A stretch of 64,000 nucleotides of DNA from Owenia fusiformis (taxonomy: Eukaryota). Shown here in pieces: positions 48,444 through 61,690 of the stretch. The stretch spans positions 17,050,001 through 17,114,000 of the forward strand of contig CAIIXF020000001.1 of NCBI GenBank assembly GCA_903813345.2, in the 5' to 3' direction. The notes beneath the pieces were generated by a model. That model had not been told where the DNA came from. It did no database searches and saw only the letters and a program-made list of their open reading frames with translations. The position numbers and the translations under genes are program-made. Each line of letters opens with the position of its first letter. Positions within the stretch are counted from its first letter, which is position 1.

Positions 48444-48994
48444 AATCAGAAAGACAGTAACAATGGACAATGAACTATTTCTAGTAATATGCTTTTGAGG
48501 TGGATCGGGGCATTCTCAAAATATTTCTAAATGCAAAATAATTATTGGCTCATATTTATTATATTTTCATATTAATACCGTTATATTCCGAACATAGTCA
48601 TAAACACTCTGTTTGATATGTGTTTCCTATAGTAGTAAGTAATAGTTCGATGATTGGATCATAGATTATTCTATATTTTTATTAATTTTATACAGAAGCC
48701 ATTTGATCAAAGCATTATATTTATAGCAATTAATTCTTAATGCATAGCTAGTTTATATCTTGTCTTGAATGACATTGCGTTCAGCTGTATTTGCTTCTTG
48801 TGAATTTACACAATCATGTCTTGGTGTATTATTTTGTATCAAAAGCCTTTAATGTGAAGTTAGTAACTTGAATGGTCAGTAACTTAATGATCAGTGATCA
48901 GTGCAATTGATTGTTCAATGACTTTATTGATCAATATTTTAACTGACTAGAACCTATGTACATGTCGTATAATGTATTTTCAACCTTAGTGAGA

Positions 48995-49072
48995 GATTTC
49001 TTATTCAACAGAATGTATGACGTTGTTTTCCGGAAACCATGTATGGCTAGAGAATAACTGAAAGGAGAAATC
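48995..49072 (+). promoter_or_regulatory. SECIS element (type 2) in the 3' UTR of the PRXL2B-like gene
   Basis: Core AUGAC (49017) and UGAA (49059). Helix II GUUGUUUUCCGG pairs with CUAGAGAAUAAC at 11 of 12 positions. Unpaired AAA at 49034-49036, mini-helix CCAU/AUGG, helix I GAUUUCUU/GAGAAAUC. AATAAA at 49088-49093. Confidence 0.85.
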
Positions 49073-49999
49073 CTAGTATGTTGGAATAATAAAACTCGAT
49101 TTGAAGTTGTACTATGCTCTTAGTTGTGTTATTGATATTTCATCGCAGATATTGCTTTATATATCTTAAAAAGATGGCGGTAGTATAATGATGAGCCTGG
49201 TTCAAAAGGAAAATTTGCCACTCCGATTTACTTATCTGCGGTCATAATAGAAATGAAGATAAGCAAAAGAGATCGAGTACTTGGGCAAGGCTACGATTTC
49301 TTAGCTATGACAATGTTCACTGGCATGTAGCGATTATAGCGGTCCTGTCTTGGCTTATTGAATTGTTACGAAGTTACGTATGCGGTGCGGAAGTTAGAGA
49401 GCAAATGACTATCATTTCAATGTAATAGTTTATGCAGGAAAATTGAGATTAGGCCATTGGAATATTTCTTTCATGCATTTGTAAAACATTACCCACTCAT
49501 AGGTCATACTTATCGTTAAACCAATAACTCAAATATATGCCCTTGTACACCGATCACCTGTTGAAATTAATACAGGCCGATTTCAACAAATGTAAAGGGC
49601 GATATATTTAAAATCGTATTCAAGCATGACCACGTCCCAACTTCTTTTGTTTTCTTTACAACTAAGCTATGACTGCAGTCTATTCAGTGTTGCGTATCGA
49701 ACCTTGTTTATTATAAAAATAGTGCAACAACAAGCAGAATTCACACATTTACCTTATACTTATTCTCAACTGAAGACATTGAATTTATCTCTTAGGTTTT
49801 ACATTATAAATATCTTAACATGCAGAATACGAAAATAGAGGCTTAGGCCCAACTTTGTATGAATTTTATGAGAATAATCTGATTTTAGAGAAATGAAAAG
49901 AAAAATGTCCACACCCTACACAAAATATTTATGGTTCCCCGGGAATACGTATGTGCTGCTTGTATATTAGGATCGTATTCCAGTTACAGAAAGAAGTAC

Positions 50000-52143
50000 A
50001 TATCATGCTAAACTATATACAACAGTTATGCACTTGGAGGTTTTGGATACAGGGAATATCCCGAGGGATATATAATTCATCTTCCCTTGGTCCCTTCGGT
50101 CCCTCGGGAAGATATATTGTATATCCCTCGGGATATTCCCTGTATCCAAAACCTCCAATTGCATAACCCCTATATATTGGCCAAGGGATAATCCCAATAT
50201 CCTGAACCGCGACTATAGGATAATATGTTTATCCCATACCAATCTTGGTCATCTGGTTCACATTGTTAAATCGTGGAAACATTTTAGAATATTCATGTCC
50301 AGTTTTGTTTTCTTGGCCGTGGGCGGATTTTCATGTTCTCTCAAATATTCCCATATTTATTTTCTCGAATTTTTTATTGATTAAGTGGATGCTCTTTCCC
50401 CCTTTTTAACTATCAAACAGACCCTGATTGTCTGTGTTTTCTCCATTGCTGTTTACAGTCATTCCGCGAACGTTACAAATTATGAACAAACATGCAGGCG
50501 GCGATTATGACGTAGCGGGCAGATATACTATATCTGCCCGCTTGGAGCGGGACGTAAAGCTTTATCCCATGGTTGCAAGGAGGATATAGATCGAATATCA
50601 CATGATGATATATTTGATATGTGGATCAAGATATCATATTTTAGCAAACAATTTACAAACCATCGAATATCACTTTTAAACTATCGAATATCACATCTTA
50701 AATAGAGGATATCCTATGATTTATGAGTGATATGATTTTTATCCACGAATGGATATGATATCTGCACGAGTGAGCGTAGCGAGAGAGTGCAGATATCAGC
50801 ATCCATAAGTGGATTAAAATCATATCACGAGTAAATCATAGGATGTTCTTTATATTCCATAGTTAAATTCATCATCAGAATCGTCGGGAATTAAGTGATT
50901 TAAAACGAATTTTCCAAACGATACGGCGATATTGAAACTTAGCCTCGTTTTGAGTCTGAAGTAGCAAAAATCCATAAACCATGGCATACGGCGCCGTATG
51001 TCATGGCTAAAAGCCCCCCCCCCCCCTAAAACACCGTATGCTATGGTTAAGTGAAAATTTGCCAAAAATATCATATTTTACCACTGATTTCAAAAATACC
51101 GTTTTTATTTTGACATGTTATCCTATGGATATCATGCTAAATATGGAATAATATAGGAATATCCTATGGCTCTGAAAAAATATCACTTATATCCATGAGT
51201 GGATATTGATATCTTCGCCAGTGAGCGCAGCGAATGAGTGAAGATACTGATATCCATGAGTGGATATAAGTGATATTTTTGAAAAAACATAGGATTGCCC
51301 GTTTATCCCATTGGGAATTATTATCCAGCGAACATTGAATAGTCAGATAAATTGCAATGGAAATTCCATTTGGTCTGACATTTTGATTGCGATAATTCAA
51401 CGAACGTCATATACGTGACGTAACAGAGTGGTTTGTATTTAATGCGAACGCCGTAAAAACAAGATCCCAAAAAATAAAAATATATAATAAATATATAAAC
51501 AATCGTTTTGCTGAATTAATAAAAAAAATTGAAAAAATCAAAACCATCGAATATCACTTTTGAAATCATCGAATATCACTTTTGAAACCATCGAATATCA
51601 CCTTTCAAAAAGTGACATTCGATGGTTTCAAAAGTGATATTCGATGATTTGGGAATTGTTTGCTAAAATATGATCTTCATCCACGTATCAATTATATCTT
51701 CACGTGATATTCGATCTATATCCTTGTAACCATGGGATAAATAAGGGTTATGTACTGGGGGGTTTTGGATATGGGGTTTTTCCAGAGGGAGATATGCATA
51801 TCTACCTGAGGGACCGTAGGGACAGAAAGTAGATGTGCATATCTCACGAGGGATGAACCCAATATCCAAACCGACCGTACATAACTGCTTTATCCTATAC
51901 CAAGTAGAGTTTTCAGTAGTACAAGGTGTAAAAAATAAACAAATCATTCATATGCAAAGTCATTTTATTGCATTTCCACTTTTTTTGGAAGCGGGAAGAT
52001 ACGCCCCGAAGCGGGAAGATATGCACCGAAGCGGGAGATATGACGGGAGATATGGAGGTTCTTGATATGGAAACCTCAAAATCAGGATACGGGATATATC
52101 TTACCAACTTATCTCCCTAAAACCCTACTTGGCATAGGATAAA
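50000..52143. mobile_element. Cluster of stacked hairpin-plus-inverted-repeat elements, same architecture as 38160-39093
   Basis: Long hairpins at 50022-50170, 50703-50850, 51153-51300 and 51745-51888. Inverted pair at 50560-50700 / 51600-51741. Unit 51745-52143 shares both ends with 38648-39093. Confidence 0.75.
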
Positions 52144-53142
52144 TCAAGATAATTTCTACTCGCATCTAGTCTATTCCACATATTTGGGAAAAGTGTACAG
52201 GAAAATCTCCATGTTCAATTGATGTATGATCAATATATACGAATCGAATGTATTCTCGTGTGCATTACAATATCCACATTGAAACATTTTTGGCCTGCAA
52301 TGGACGTATAATAAATTAGAATATGAGGCCGTGTTATCATTCCAATGTAAAGTCATGGTATTTACTGTGGTATTGGGTTGCAAGCTAATATCAGATTCAA
52401 TGCAAATTAATCATCTAATATCAGATGCGCGATCAGTCCAATAATCTAATTTCAGGTCATCAGTTCGATATCTAGCACTTGTTCTAACGACACGGTATTA
52501 CTAGGCTATCATATTATAAATACACACACATATAAAACAATCAAACTGGTACACGATATAAGCACGACTGCTCTTTCAATTGAGTATAAATGTTGATAAA
52601 CTTACCCGGAAGCCAAGACATACACGTTTAGACGATGCTATTTTCAGTTCAGTGTAAGAGTAAATGCCCGGATATCGAGGCTTTTTCGTGTAAAGTTTTA
52701 ACCAAGCATCTAAAATCGGGTTATATTGCGTGTAGAATTTATCGATATCAGGGCCGCTACATGCCAGTGAATGTTAAAAGGACAGTTTTTTCATGGATAT
52801 CCAAAAATCAGTTGACATTGCCCATTGAGTGGAATAGGATTTCTGTTATTTGACTACTAAAAAGTTAGGACATATACAGTCTCTAACCTTTTTGTGCGTA
52901 GTGTTGGCCCGACGTTGGGTTTCTGTTATAATTGTCACATTTACGATATGATGTATTCTTCAACATTTTGAATGATACAATCGTTAGCCTACCTTGGCAA
53001 CAGAATCTGAAAATTAAAATACTTCTACAATTCATTACACATAATAATTACTAAAGAAGTTTATGTTCAGTTTGACTTAAAATTCATACATGAATGATAA
53101 TTACCAATGAAAGTTTAATTGACTTCAAATGTATACCTGATA

Positions 53143-53577
53143 CTTATCCCATCTAACGAAGTTGGGGGAATAGAGAACACCGTCCTTCTGTCCGGGCAAT
53201 AATTAAGATACCATTGATCCAATATGCCGTTTATAGTTTATACGCATATATGCCCTATGTAAGTTAAATTTGAAAATGGCCGCCGATTTCAAAATGGTTG
53301 ACATTTTACTGTCGATTTTGCAATATTTCAGATACAAAACAATATTATTGAATACTCGGAAGCATGGCACTCTGTCTTACGACACCTCGGCTAGTAGGCG
53401 GCCATTTCGAAAAATCGTGGCCATTTTACACGTGATATATACCTTTTTGCTATAACCATGAAAAACTAATGAAGCGAGTTGGTTGAAGATATCTTTTTTG
53501 TTTGATATATTTTTGCTGTACATCTAAGGTCGCCATTTCATGTTCGATGAGGTTTGCTACGCCTTGGCATTGCTGTT
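53143..53577 (+). mobile_element. Helentron/HINE-like interspersed element
   Basis: 5' short hairpin (CCCATCTAACGAAGTTGGGGG), CCGTCC-type micro-repeat, AAAATGGCCGCC core motifs, and a 3' GC-rich short palindromic segment. Confidence 0.45.
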
Positions 53578-53639
53578 ATCTAGTTACTAGTCAGTTTGAC
53601 TTCAAATTCATACATTATGATAATTTCTAAAGAAATTCT

Positions 53640-54110
53640 GTTCATGGAGTATTCACCCAGCGGCTTATCACCGTAATCGGCTGTAGGAGTGTTACGAATA
53701 TCCTTAGTTGTTGGTATTATTGGTGACCATAGCATTGAAGGCTGTTCAGAGATTGTAGTTGAAGTTGTGCAAAATAAACACACAACGTGCTTTGAAAAAG
53801 ATGTCGTGTCGTTTGCAGACCGCATGTTAATTTGGACCAGATGCATTTTCTGTCAGCGAGAAGCACGGACCTCTGCCAGGTTACCTCTTCTTCAGTGGTG
53901 TCTAGGCTCAATAAATATACTCATTTATCCTTTGAGCCTACTACCAATAGATCTGGCTCCGGATATGTGGCGAGAAGCAGAAGAAATATGTGATATTCGA
54001 CCAAGACAGTCTCCTCCCTCATTCCCACTAACGGGGTCTTTATACCTTTATATCATTGCTTCTGGAAGAAGGCCTACAGTAAATCCAGTTTATGATCCAG
54101 ATCTTTTTGT
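53640..54110 (-). pseudogene. Possible decayed SGNH-hydrolase-like ORF of a DIRS/Ngaro-type retroelement
   Basis: Broken minus-strand frames give, in order, KKIWII..W, FLLLLATYPEPDLLVV and SMLWSPIIP, separated by stops and frameshifts. Motif resemblance only. Confidence 0.3.
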
Positions 54111-56705
54111 GTTGTTGTTGTTATTTTAACACAAAACTGCCTGTTCCTGAATGGTCATGAATTGATGACATAATATGCAGTTGATCGAGTTGCCTTGGTA
54201 TGATCAGCAGTATCACGTAGAACACTGTTATATAATAGAGATTTTTCTTTATAGTATCAACCTTAAACCTATACGTTTTATTTCCAGACGATAATTCCAT
54301 GATTTGTGGATGGGTTTAGGGGAGGTTGGTGGGTAAACATTTATATTTAGCAAAAATACGGCAAAGCTGTCTTCCAAACTATGAATAATGGTAGTTAAGT
54401 GAAGCCCTTCTGCTCTTACGCGCTGAAGTTAGGCTGTAAACAGGTAAAGCTTCTCGTATTAAAACAATATGGCGTCTCCAAAAGAGTCTACTACTTTTTG
54501 GCGTTGCTGTCGTTTATATATAACAATTTATTCATTGGTTTATGGAAAGAAAGGAGGGGGCATTGTGATACTCATCTGTTTTCAAATCATCAATGTGATG
54601 GGATTCTTCAAAGGAACTGAACTCTGCGATCTCTCACGATATATGGGTACCTGGGATTTTGTTATTCTCTTCCGTTGAAATCTCCTCGGCTCAAAATTCT
54701 CCTCTAATTAAAAATTAATAAACAGAAAATATTTGTTGTATTCATTATATTTTTATATTTATTTCTGTTTATTCATCATATCTTCTTATTTTACATCTTG
54801 TACAATTGACCTTTGTAAGATAATTACCAATGCATATATATATATAGAATCAAGAGCTTTGACTTTGCCAAAAATCTGTTCAAATTTATCAATCTGTTTT
54901 TAAGTTTGACAATAATATATATAGCAAAGAAAAAAGTATACAAAAGTCATAACTTAGCACCTTTATTTCAACATAATATACAATTATAAATAAATAATAT
55001 TATATACAGATATATAATTGGTCTCTGACCATGCTGCCGTTTAGAGTCAAGTATTTACAAAAGTATTTACAAAATGATGTACATATGGTTAAGTTTGTGC
55101 TATCAAATGATGCCCTTTGTGGTTTCTGATCATAGTTCCAATTTTGTTTACAACTTATTGTTTCATCCATTTATTCAAACTAAAACGTTAAAATGATAAG
55201 TTGTTCCCAAAATGGTCTCAAGATAAGTGTCATCATAACACGACTATTATTTATATAAGGATACTAAACATTGTAATATAAAACGAGCAAACAATTGTAA
55301 CATGCGTTCTGACCTCTATGTCTATGTTGTAACTTCATTTGTGAATGCATGTGCAAATATCAAGTGCACATCGGAAATGTCTGCCAAGAAAATCAGTTAT
55401 CCTTGATTACAATAGTATACCTATTTTATTTTGCAAAAATATAAACAAGTTACAAAAACGTTATACTTATAGTATATCTTTTTATTGCAAGAGCACCTTG
55501 GTTTGAAGTTGGAGTTTGGAGTAGAAGGACCTTAGTCTAGATAATTTCTGGCAGTCTGCCACAATTGATATTTTGCAATATAGAGGTTAAGTTGGCATAT
55601 GTGACTTGGTCTGTTCAAATTTTGTTTATCCAGACATTATTTTTGAGAAGATGCACGTGGTATGTCTATTGTGAAGGTAAAAAGTCACTGCTAACAATGA
55701 GGTCATGATTTGCATTGTATACAATTGAGTTTACATACAAAAACAAGTGTAATATAAGCATTCTGATTGTAGTTGACACCTAGTACAAAAGACTGGTTTT
55801 TTGGTACAAATGTCCCTTAGCTGCTGCCTTTAAGAAGATGTATATACATATTTACAACATTCCCTTACATATCAATATCTACATTAACCAGGGACATTAA
55901 CTTACTATTTGGTTCTTGGAATGCAAGTTTTAATGATTATTGATATTTATAATTACGAGTACAAATGAGCAAAGAATTGTTCGCAAAAAGGAGCGGTAAC
56001 AGACATATAAGTAAAACACTGTAAGGATAATCTCACCTAATATAACCTTTACTTCATTCATTGTTCACGATGTTGCACGCGGATCATATGTCTAACCATG
56101 ATCCGGATCTATACATAGACGTAAACAAGGTCAAACACATATACACTGTATCATGGTATAAAAAAAGCTCTGCATTTTAGTAGAAGAAAATACAAGTAAG
56201 TCGTTTGAATTAAATGGCAATGACCAAAAAAGTAAATGGAATCTTCCACATCGAAATACATTCCCTAAAGCATGTCATGATTGTTGTCACGTAAGCTAAC
56301 TTTAGACTGTTGATTTAAAAGTACTTAAACTATGATAAGAAAATAACTTAAAGTAATATTGATAACCAATCATGATGACTTTTCAATTTTCATAGGTCAA
56401 ATTTAGAAAGTGATACTATTTTTATATGTGATAAATATCTATACCACACGTGTACATAGTCATGGTTATTTTCGGATGCTCCAAATTCAACTTTGTCTGT
56501 CTGCGTGTTTCATTCTCCTCGTTTAGTACCCTAAGCATCATTACCACATCATTACTGTGATTTTAACCTTCAATGTTCACTGTCTGTCTTAATGCTTCAT
56601 GTCCCTGACTGGGCGGGTATTCGCACATCTTTCACGTTACTGCCTGAACTTTCAGTCCAAAGCATCTTTGGCACATCTTGGATACCTATAGTATCAATCA
56701 GCTTA

Positions 56706-58755
56706 TCAATAATCTTTGGCAACTAACTTTGCAGCCATCTTACCAAGAAATATTGATGCATCGTCACTTTGGAGACGGGATTCACACAAGGCGAAAATGT
56801 ACATTGATTTTGACTTGCTGATGATATAGTATTTGGACCCATTGAAGGCAACGATTTGGCTCGTGCTTGCAGACTTGATTACGTATGTCTTTCCTCCAAC
56901 AACAACCTTCTCGAATTTGTCGGAATGTTCGAATATTGCTTTGATTTTCTGAAAACACAGAAACAAATACATTTTTATTTTACAGTTAAACCTACAGATT
57001 AAACATCTTTTTGACACGTGTTCTGTCTATGGATCCTTTAAGTGTTGGCCCTAATAAGGAAATCACTATTATCCAATTATTATCCAAGTTTTTATCAGAT
57101 GGCCGTTTGTCTTGAGTGTTTTGTTGCCTTTATTGAAAACAATTACCAGACGAGGTTATACTTTGACACTATTAACTGATTAATTAGACAGCATGAGTGA
57201 CACTCGACCATCGTATCTTATTTATATTCATAGTGCAGAATTGATAAATGGCAGACAGTGGGGAAGGTAAAATGATCCTTTTGACAACAAAAACATGAAA
57301 TGCATGGAATTCGTTGAATTAACGTACATAATGGAAGTATAATTACTGTTACATTTGTATTGTTTAGAGGAAAAGATATTCATGTGCAAATAAGTTCATA
57401 TCATAATTTTGGTGCAAATAATAACATCATCACCCACTCAATAAGGGTTGACGGAGTTGTAATCTCGGGGCCCCTGATAATAGCACTGATAGTATTATCT
57501 AACCCAAACATATAAGACGTCGGGATACATCCCTAATGATTGATTATTAATATCTTATCAATCAACGTAAACTCGTGTTCAACACAAAGCCGACCAGTCA
57601 AAATTGCAACGTGAGCAGTGATAATGGCAACGACCAACACGATAACTCGTCACTGCTTCAGTGTAATGAGTCTAGCTATATCTAAATTTGTAAACCAAAG
57701 GGGTATTAGAAACTTACTGGAAGAGCACATCATGAGAGGTATGACCTTCTACTAGTTCCTTTTTTTTGTTGAACAGAAACATAAAAGGCGTGATGAGTAT
57801 TAGAATGGAGAGAGCACAAAATGTAACATTTGAGAAATGAATAAGCTCATATTAAATATGTAATCTACAAGTATACAAGTAAAGTGTAATGTGTGATTGG
57901 CATACTACAAAATCCCCAGTTTGTTTACTTATTATCATATAAGTTGTATAATTATAACATATTAAATCTAAATCTAAATGCGCAACAATATGCTATGTAT
58001 TGGAAAACCATGCTGACTGGGAATTCCAGAAAACTTGGATGACTTCCAAACTGGCATCATGCCAAATCAATTTTGCATAGATCGATAAGAGTAATAAATC
58101 GTCTGCATATTATGCAAATAAGACATTCACTGCAAGAAGTTTCATTCATTTATTTGCCAATGGTGTATGAACTATTTTTTAAATCAACAAATATGTCAAG
58201 GACAAAAACCCTTCACAAGAACATCAGAGTTGTTAATAGTTCATAGCTTGGTGAATGGTGATCATGACATTGTCGAAAGGTCCCAAAGTACAAAGAATTA
58301 AAAGTCAGTCTGTCCTATAAGAGAGTTGTCTGTGGAGTCTTAAAGCAATTTAAGATATCGTGTTGTAAAACTTGAGATAGGCTTTATAGCATTTGCCATT
58401 TATAACTGGTTATGACAACTTGTCAAAAAGCTTGGTATTTACGAATGTGAATTATTTGGAAAAGCCTAGTCTTCAATTTTATCTGCAAATACACTTTTTG
58501 TACACAGTGTGTAATGTGGAGATGAATATTGATGTGAGGCCTATAGGGTCGACCTTCTATAGATATGTTGCTTACCTGGAAATCTTGAGCTGACAATGAA
58601 AACCCTGAGGTTCCAGATGCAATTGCCCCTGTGTTATAGACCATGGCACACTTCTTTAGTTTCAGCTCTTGTTTACGCTTCATTATGTAGTCGACCCAGA
58701 CCTTCCAGGTATTTGGGGCCCCGGGGATAGTATTTGGAAGAAGCATACCCAACAT
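56706..58755 (-). CDS. Divergent profilin-like protein, 140 aa
   Basis: Exons 58755-58576 and 56948-56706 (423 nt), with a probable non-coding exon ending at donor 59739. Profilin-like pattern: TWKVWVDYI, AMVYNTGAIASGTSGFSLSAQDF, VVVGGKTYVI, IISKSKSMYIFAL, C-terminal helix ending KLVAKDY. Confidence 0.7.
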
Positions 58756-61174
58756 ATTGATTCTGAAACACAAATTGTCAATTAGTACACTAAACGAAAT
58801 GCAAGTGCAAGGAGTAGGATTGCATGTGCTATTAATGTATTAATAGTAGCATTATTTTGATTGATGTTAGATGTGAACAGCAGGCCTGTACCAACAAAAA
58901 TAGTTATATAGTTCAGGGAACGTTGTCTGGCTGCAACAGCCAATAAGAGCAAACAAACCCATATGCCTACTATTCTTGTAACTGTATTTATCTAAAAAAG
59001 GTGTGTCTGTAGTAACCAAATAGCAAGAGTTCATAATGAATATTATTAATGACTTGACCATAAATAATTTTTTAAGATAAGACGAAGAGCACCACTTATG
59101 AGCAACTGAGCTACATGTGGATGCAAGTTAAGATGGGGTACAAGTTCTAATAATTTCAACTTTATTATTTATTGAGAAGGAAGTGCGCATATGTTTTTAA
59201 AACCAGGCAATTTGCCATGCATCTGATACAACTCTTCCTTTTATAATCACGACTCTAAATATATGACCCTTGGTGCCACATGTACAATGACTATATTAGA
59301 TCCCTCAGGTCCCTAATACTGAATAAATAGCATTTAATAACTGCCCATACGATGGAATCTACTATTATTGTATCTTGCAAGGTTAAACTATGCACAACCT
59401 CATTAATATGTAGTGATTGGCTTCCCGCCGCCACGTATCCTTTCGATCGATACAATTTTGATGTTTGTATACACATCGTGACTAATCAACGTTTACTAAC
59501 AAACCCACTCATTTACACATTACTGGTAGACCATTGTTGAAAATACATATTAAATGTTCTTCTTCCCCCTGTCAATCTACATGTGATGTATCTTAGCTAC
59601 GACCCCATAGAACCCATGAGACCTGAACGACCGGCGTTAAACATAGCACATGGTAACGACAATTTGACCAACTTTTCTGACATCAATGTACAATTAATAA
59701 ATCAAATGACTATATAAAGGTATAAAGGAGTCACTTACCTGTATGTAGTACGGTATCTAAGTTCTAAATACAAGCAAAATGTGTTTTAACAGATATATTC
59801 TCCTGCTAGACGGCTTAGAGCTCGTGTAACTTGTAAAGGTTTCAATTAACTGACTGTCTGGTATGTAAATCGAAAGCCTTTTATGTCCACTGGAATTTTC
59901 CACACAGCTTACTAGCTTACTAATATGTGTGCTCACGTGATCGATTTTCAAGAATTATCATAATGATGTGACCAATCAAATGTAAATGTCTAGCCTCGTT
60001 CTGATATGATTCATTGATAGAAGTATGAGCATATACGAGGTATCGAGCGCGGGAATATAAATTATTGATCAATATTTTTGGTATAATAAGTCAGTGTAAA
60101 AATCACGTTTGTTACTTTTAAAAGATAAAACAACAGAAATCGTTATGCCCAGACAGCAGTTAATCATTCAAGAGATTCATTGGACCACTGGACAAGGGAC
60201 GAATATAAATATGATTGTAGCTTTTATCCTATCCATGTCCATATCGGGGTCCGTATAAGTATATTTCATCGTATAACTTCACGAATAATCCCTAAATATG
60301 ATGAAATTAATTGTAACATTTTTGTGTTGTGGATACCATCTCATCGCCATGTGATGTCTGAGGATCTAGGATGAAGACATTTCTTCATCTTAGTGAGGAT
60401 GTAGGTCCATGGGCATAGGCTGATAGATATATTCTGTTTTCTATCCCTATAGAGTAGAAAACAAGGAGTAAAATATTTCCTGTTAATATGGTTTTTCATC
60501 CTTCCTCAAAGGACTTCATTTATGCCTAAATTAATATATACTTGTAAAATACCCGTGCAGCAAGGATGATGGTTTTTACCCTCTAAGCGTTCTCATCATC
60601 TTTTCGCGACATGTTTTGATAACCAAAGGCAGACTGTTCTCGTCCCGGGGTCTCGTAGTCCTTTCTGCAATGTCATCGTGCACCGGCTGCACATTATGGA
60701 ATGTACGTGACGCCCAGTAGGCCTATAGAGAGAAATACCCCGGTGGGTATATTCCTGTGACTGCGGAAAAAATCACTTCTCATTTTGGACATGGGCAGTA
60801 CTTTTTAAGATTGCGATGGACAAGGTACCGATTTAGATAAAAAATGCCATGACCAGTATATTATTGAAAAGATAGACTAAAGAATGAACTCTTGAATGAC
60901 TGCACCAAAGTGACCGCCTGAGATAGTTCATATGTCTGATTAGACACTTACTAATTAAATTATGATATTAAGTTTTAGTATGAAGTTTAGGAAAATATTT
61001 TGAACTAATCTAAGACTTGACTGCCCGGCTTTGTGCAACATGTAGATTAATATTTCGAACGGGGAGTAATTGATTTTTTATCCAGATTCCATTTTGTTTA
61101 AACAAATTGGATTAGGTGTTGAACTTTTTCTTTAACAGACACTTAAGTTTTGACCCTTCCCCTTATATTAATGG

Positions 61175-61247
61175 TGAAACAGAAAGACACCCATAAAGGT
61201 AATTGAGTTCTGAAACAGAAAGACACCCATAACGATAATTGAGTTCA
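61175..61247. repeat. Tandem duplication of ~36 bp
   Basis: TGAAACAGAAAGACACCCATAA.G.TAATTGAGTTC occurs twice. Confidence 0.85.
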
Positions 61248-61571
61248 TTTTTGAATCAACATTGACAATTCATAATCATCTATTGTTATTTTACTGATGC
61301 AATAAGTGCGCAACCCTGAATGACAACTGCCCTTTCATTCATAATCGAATTATCACTTTGGCGAGTATAAGCGTTATCATTATAAAGTAAATAATTGATT
61401 ATTTTAAGTATACTCGAGCGATAACCTTTCGTGTAAGGAGTAATATTTCATGTTATATTTGCTTCCGGTCAAAAAAATAAATGATTGCCAAAATTGTAAA
61501 CATGAGTGCCACTCCCCCTACATAAGTCACTACGTTTCACGAAAAATAGTAAGTTCGACAAGTAATAACAA

Positions 61572-61690
61572 AATGTCACCACTTGCCATTTGTTACATAC
61601 GCCAACCGCCGAACATCAACCGCCAAACACCATCCACAACAAAAATTGGAGACTACAAAAATTTCACCACTTCTGATGGTGACACAAAAA
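61572..61690 (+). mobile_element. Short Helentron/HINE-like fragment ending in a hairpin and A-run; related copy at 17870-17961
   Basis: CCGCCAA micro-repeats then TCACCACTTCTGATGGTGACACAAAAA. Compare TGTCACCACTTTTGGTGGTGACATAAAAA at ~17933. Confidence 0.5.

Noticed and set aside
48765-48815. Alternative SECIS candidate (AATGACATTGCG...TGTGAA)
   Set aside because: No apical AA motif and poor helix II pairing compared with the element at 48995-49072.
53689-54129. 146-aa + strand ORF as a real gene
   Set aside because: GTG start, no recognisable domain or splice context. Better explained as the antisense of a decayed minus-strand sequence.
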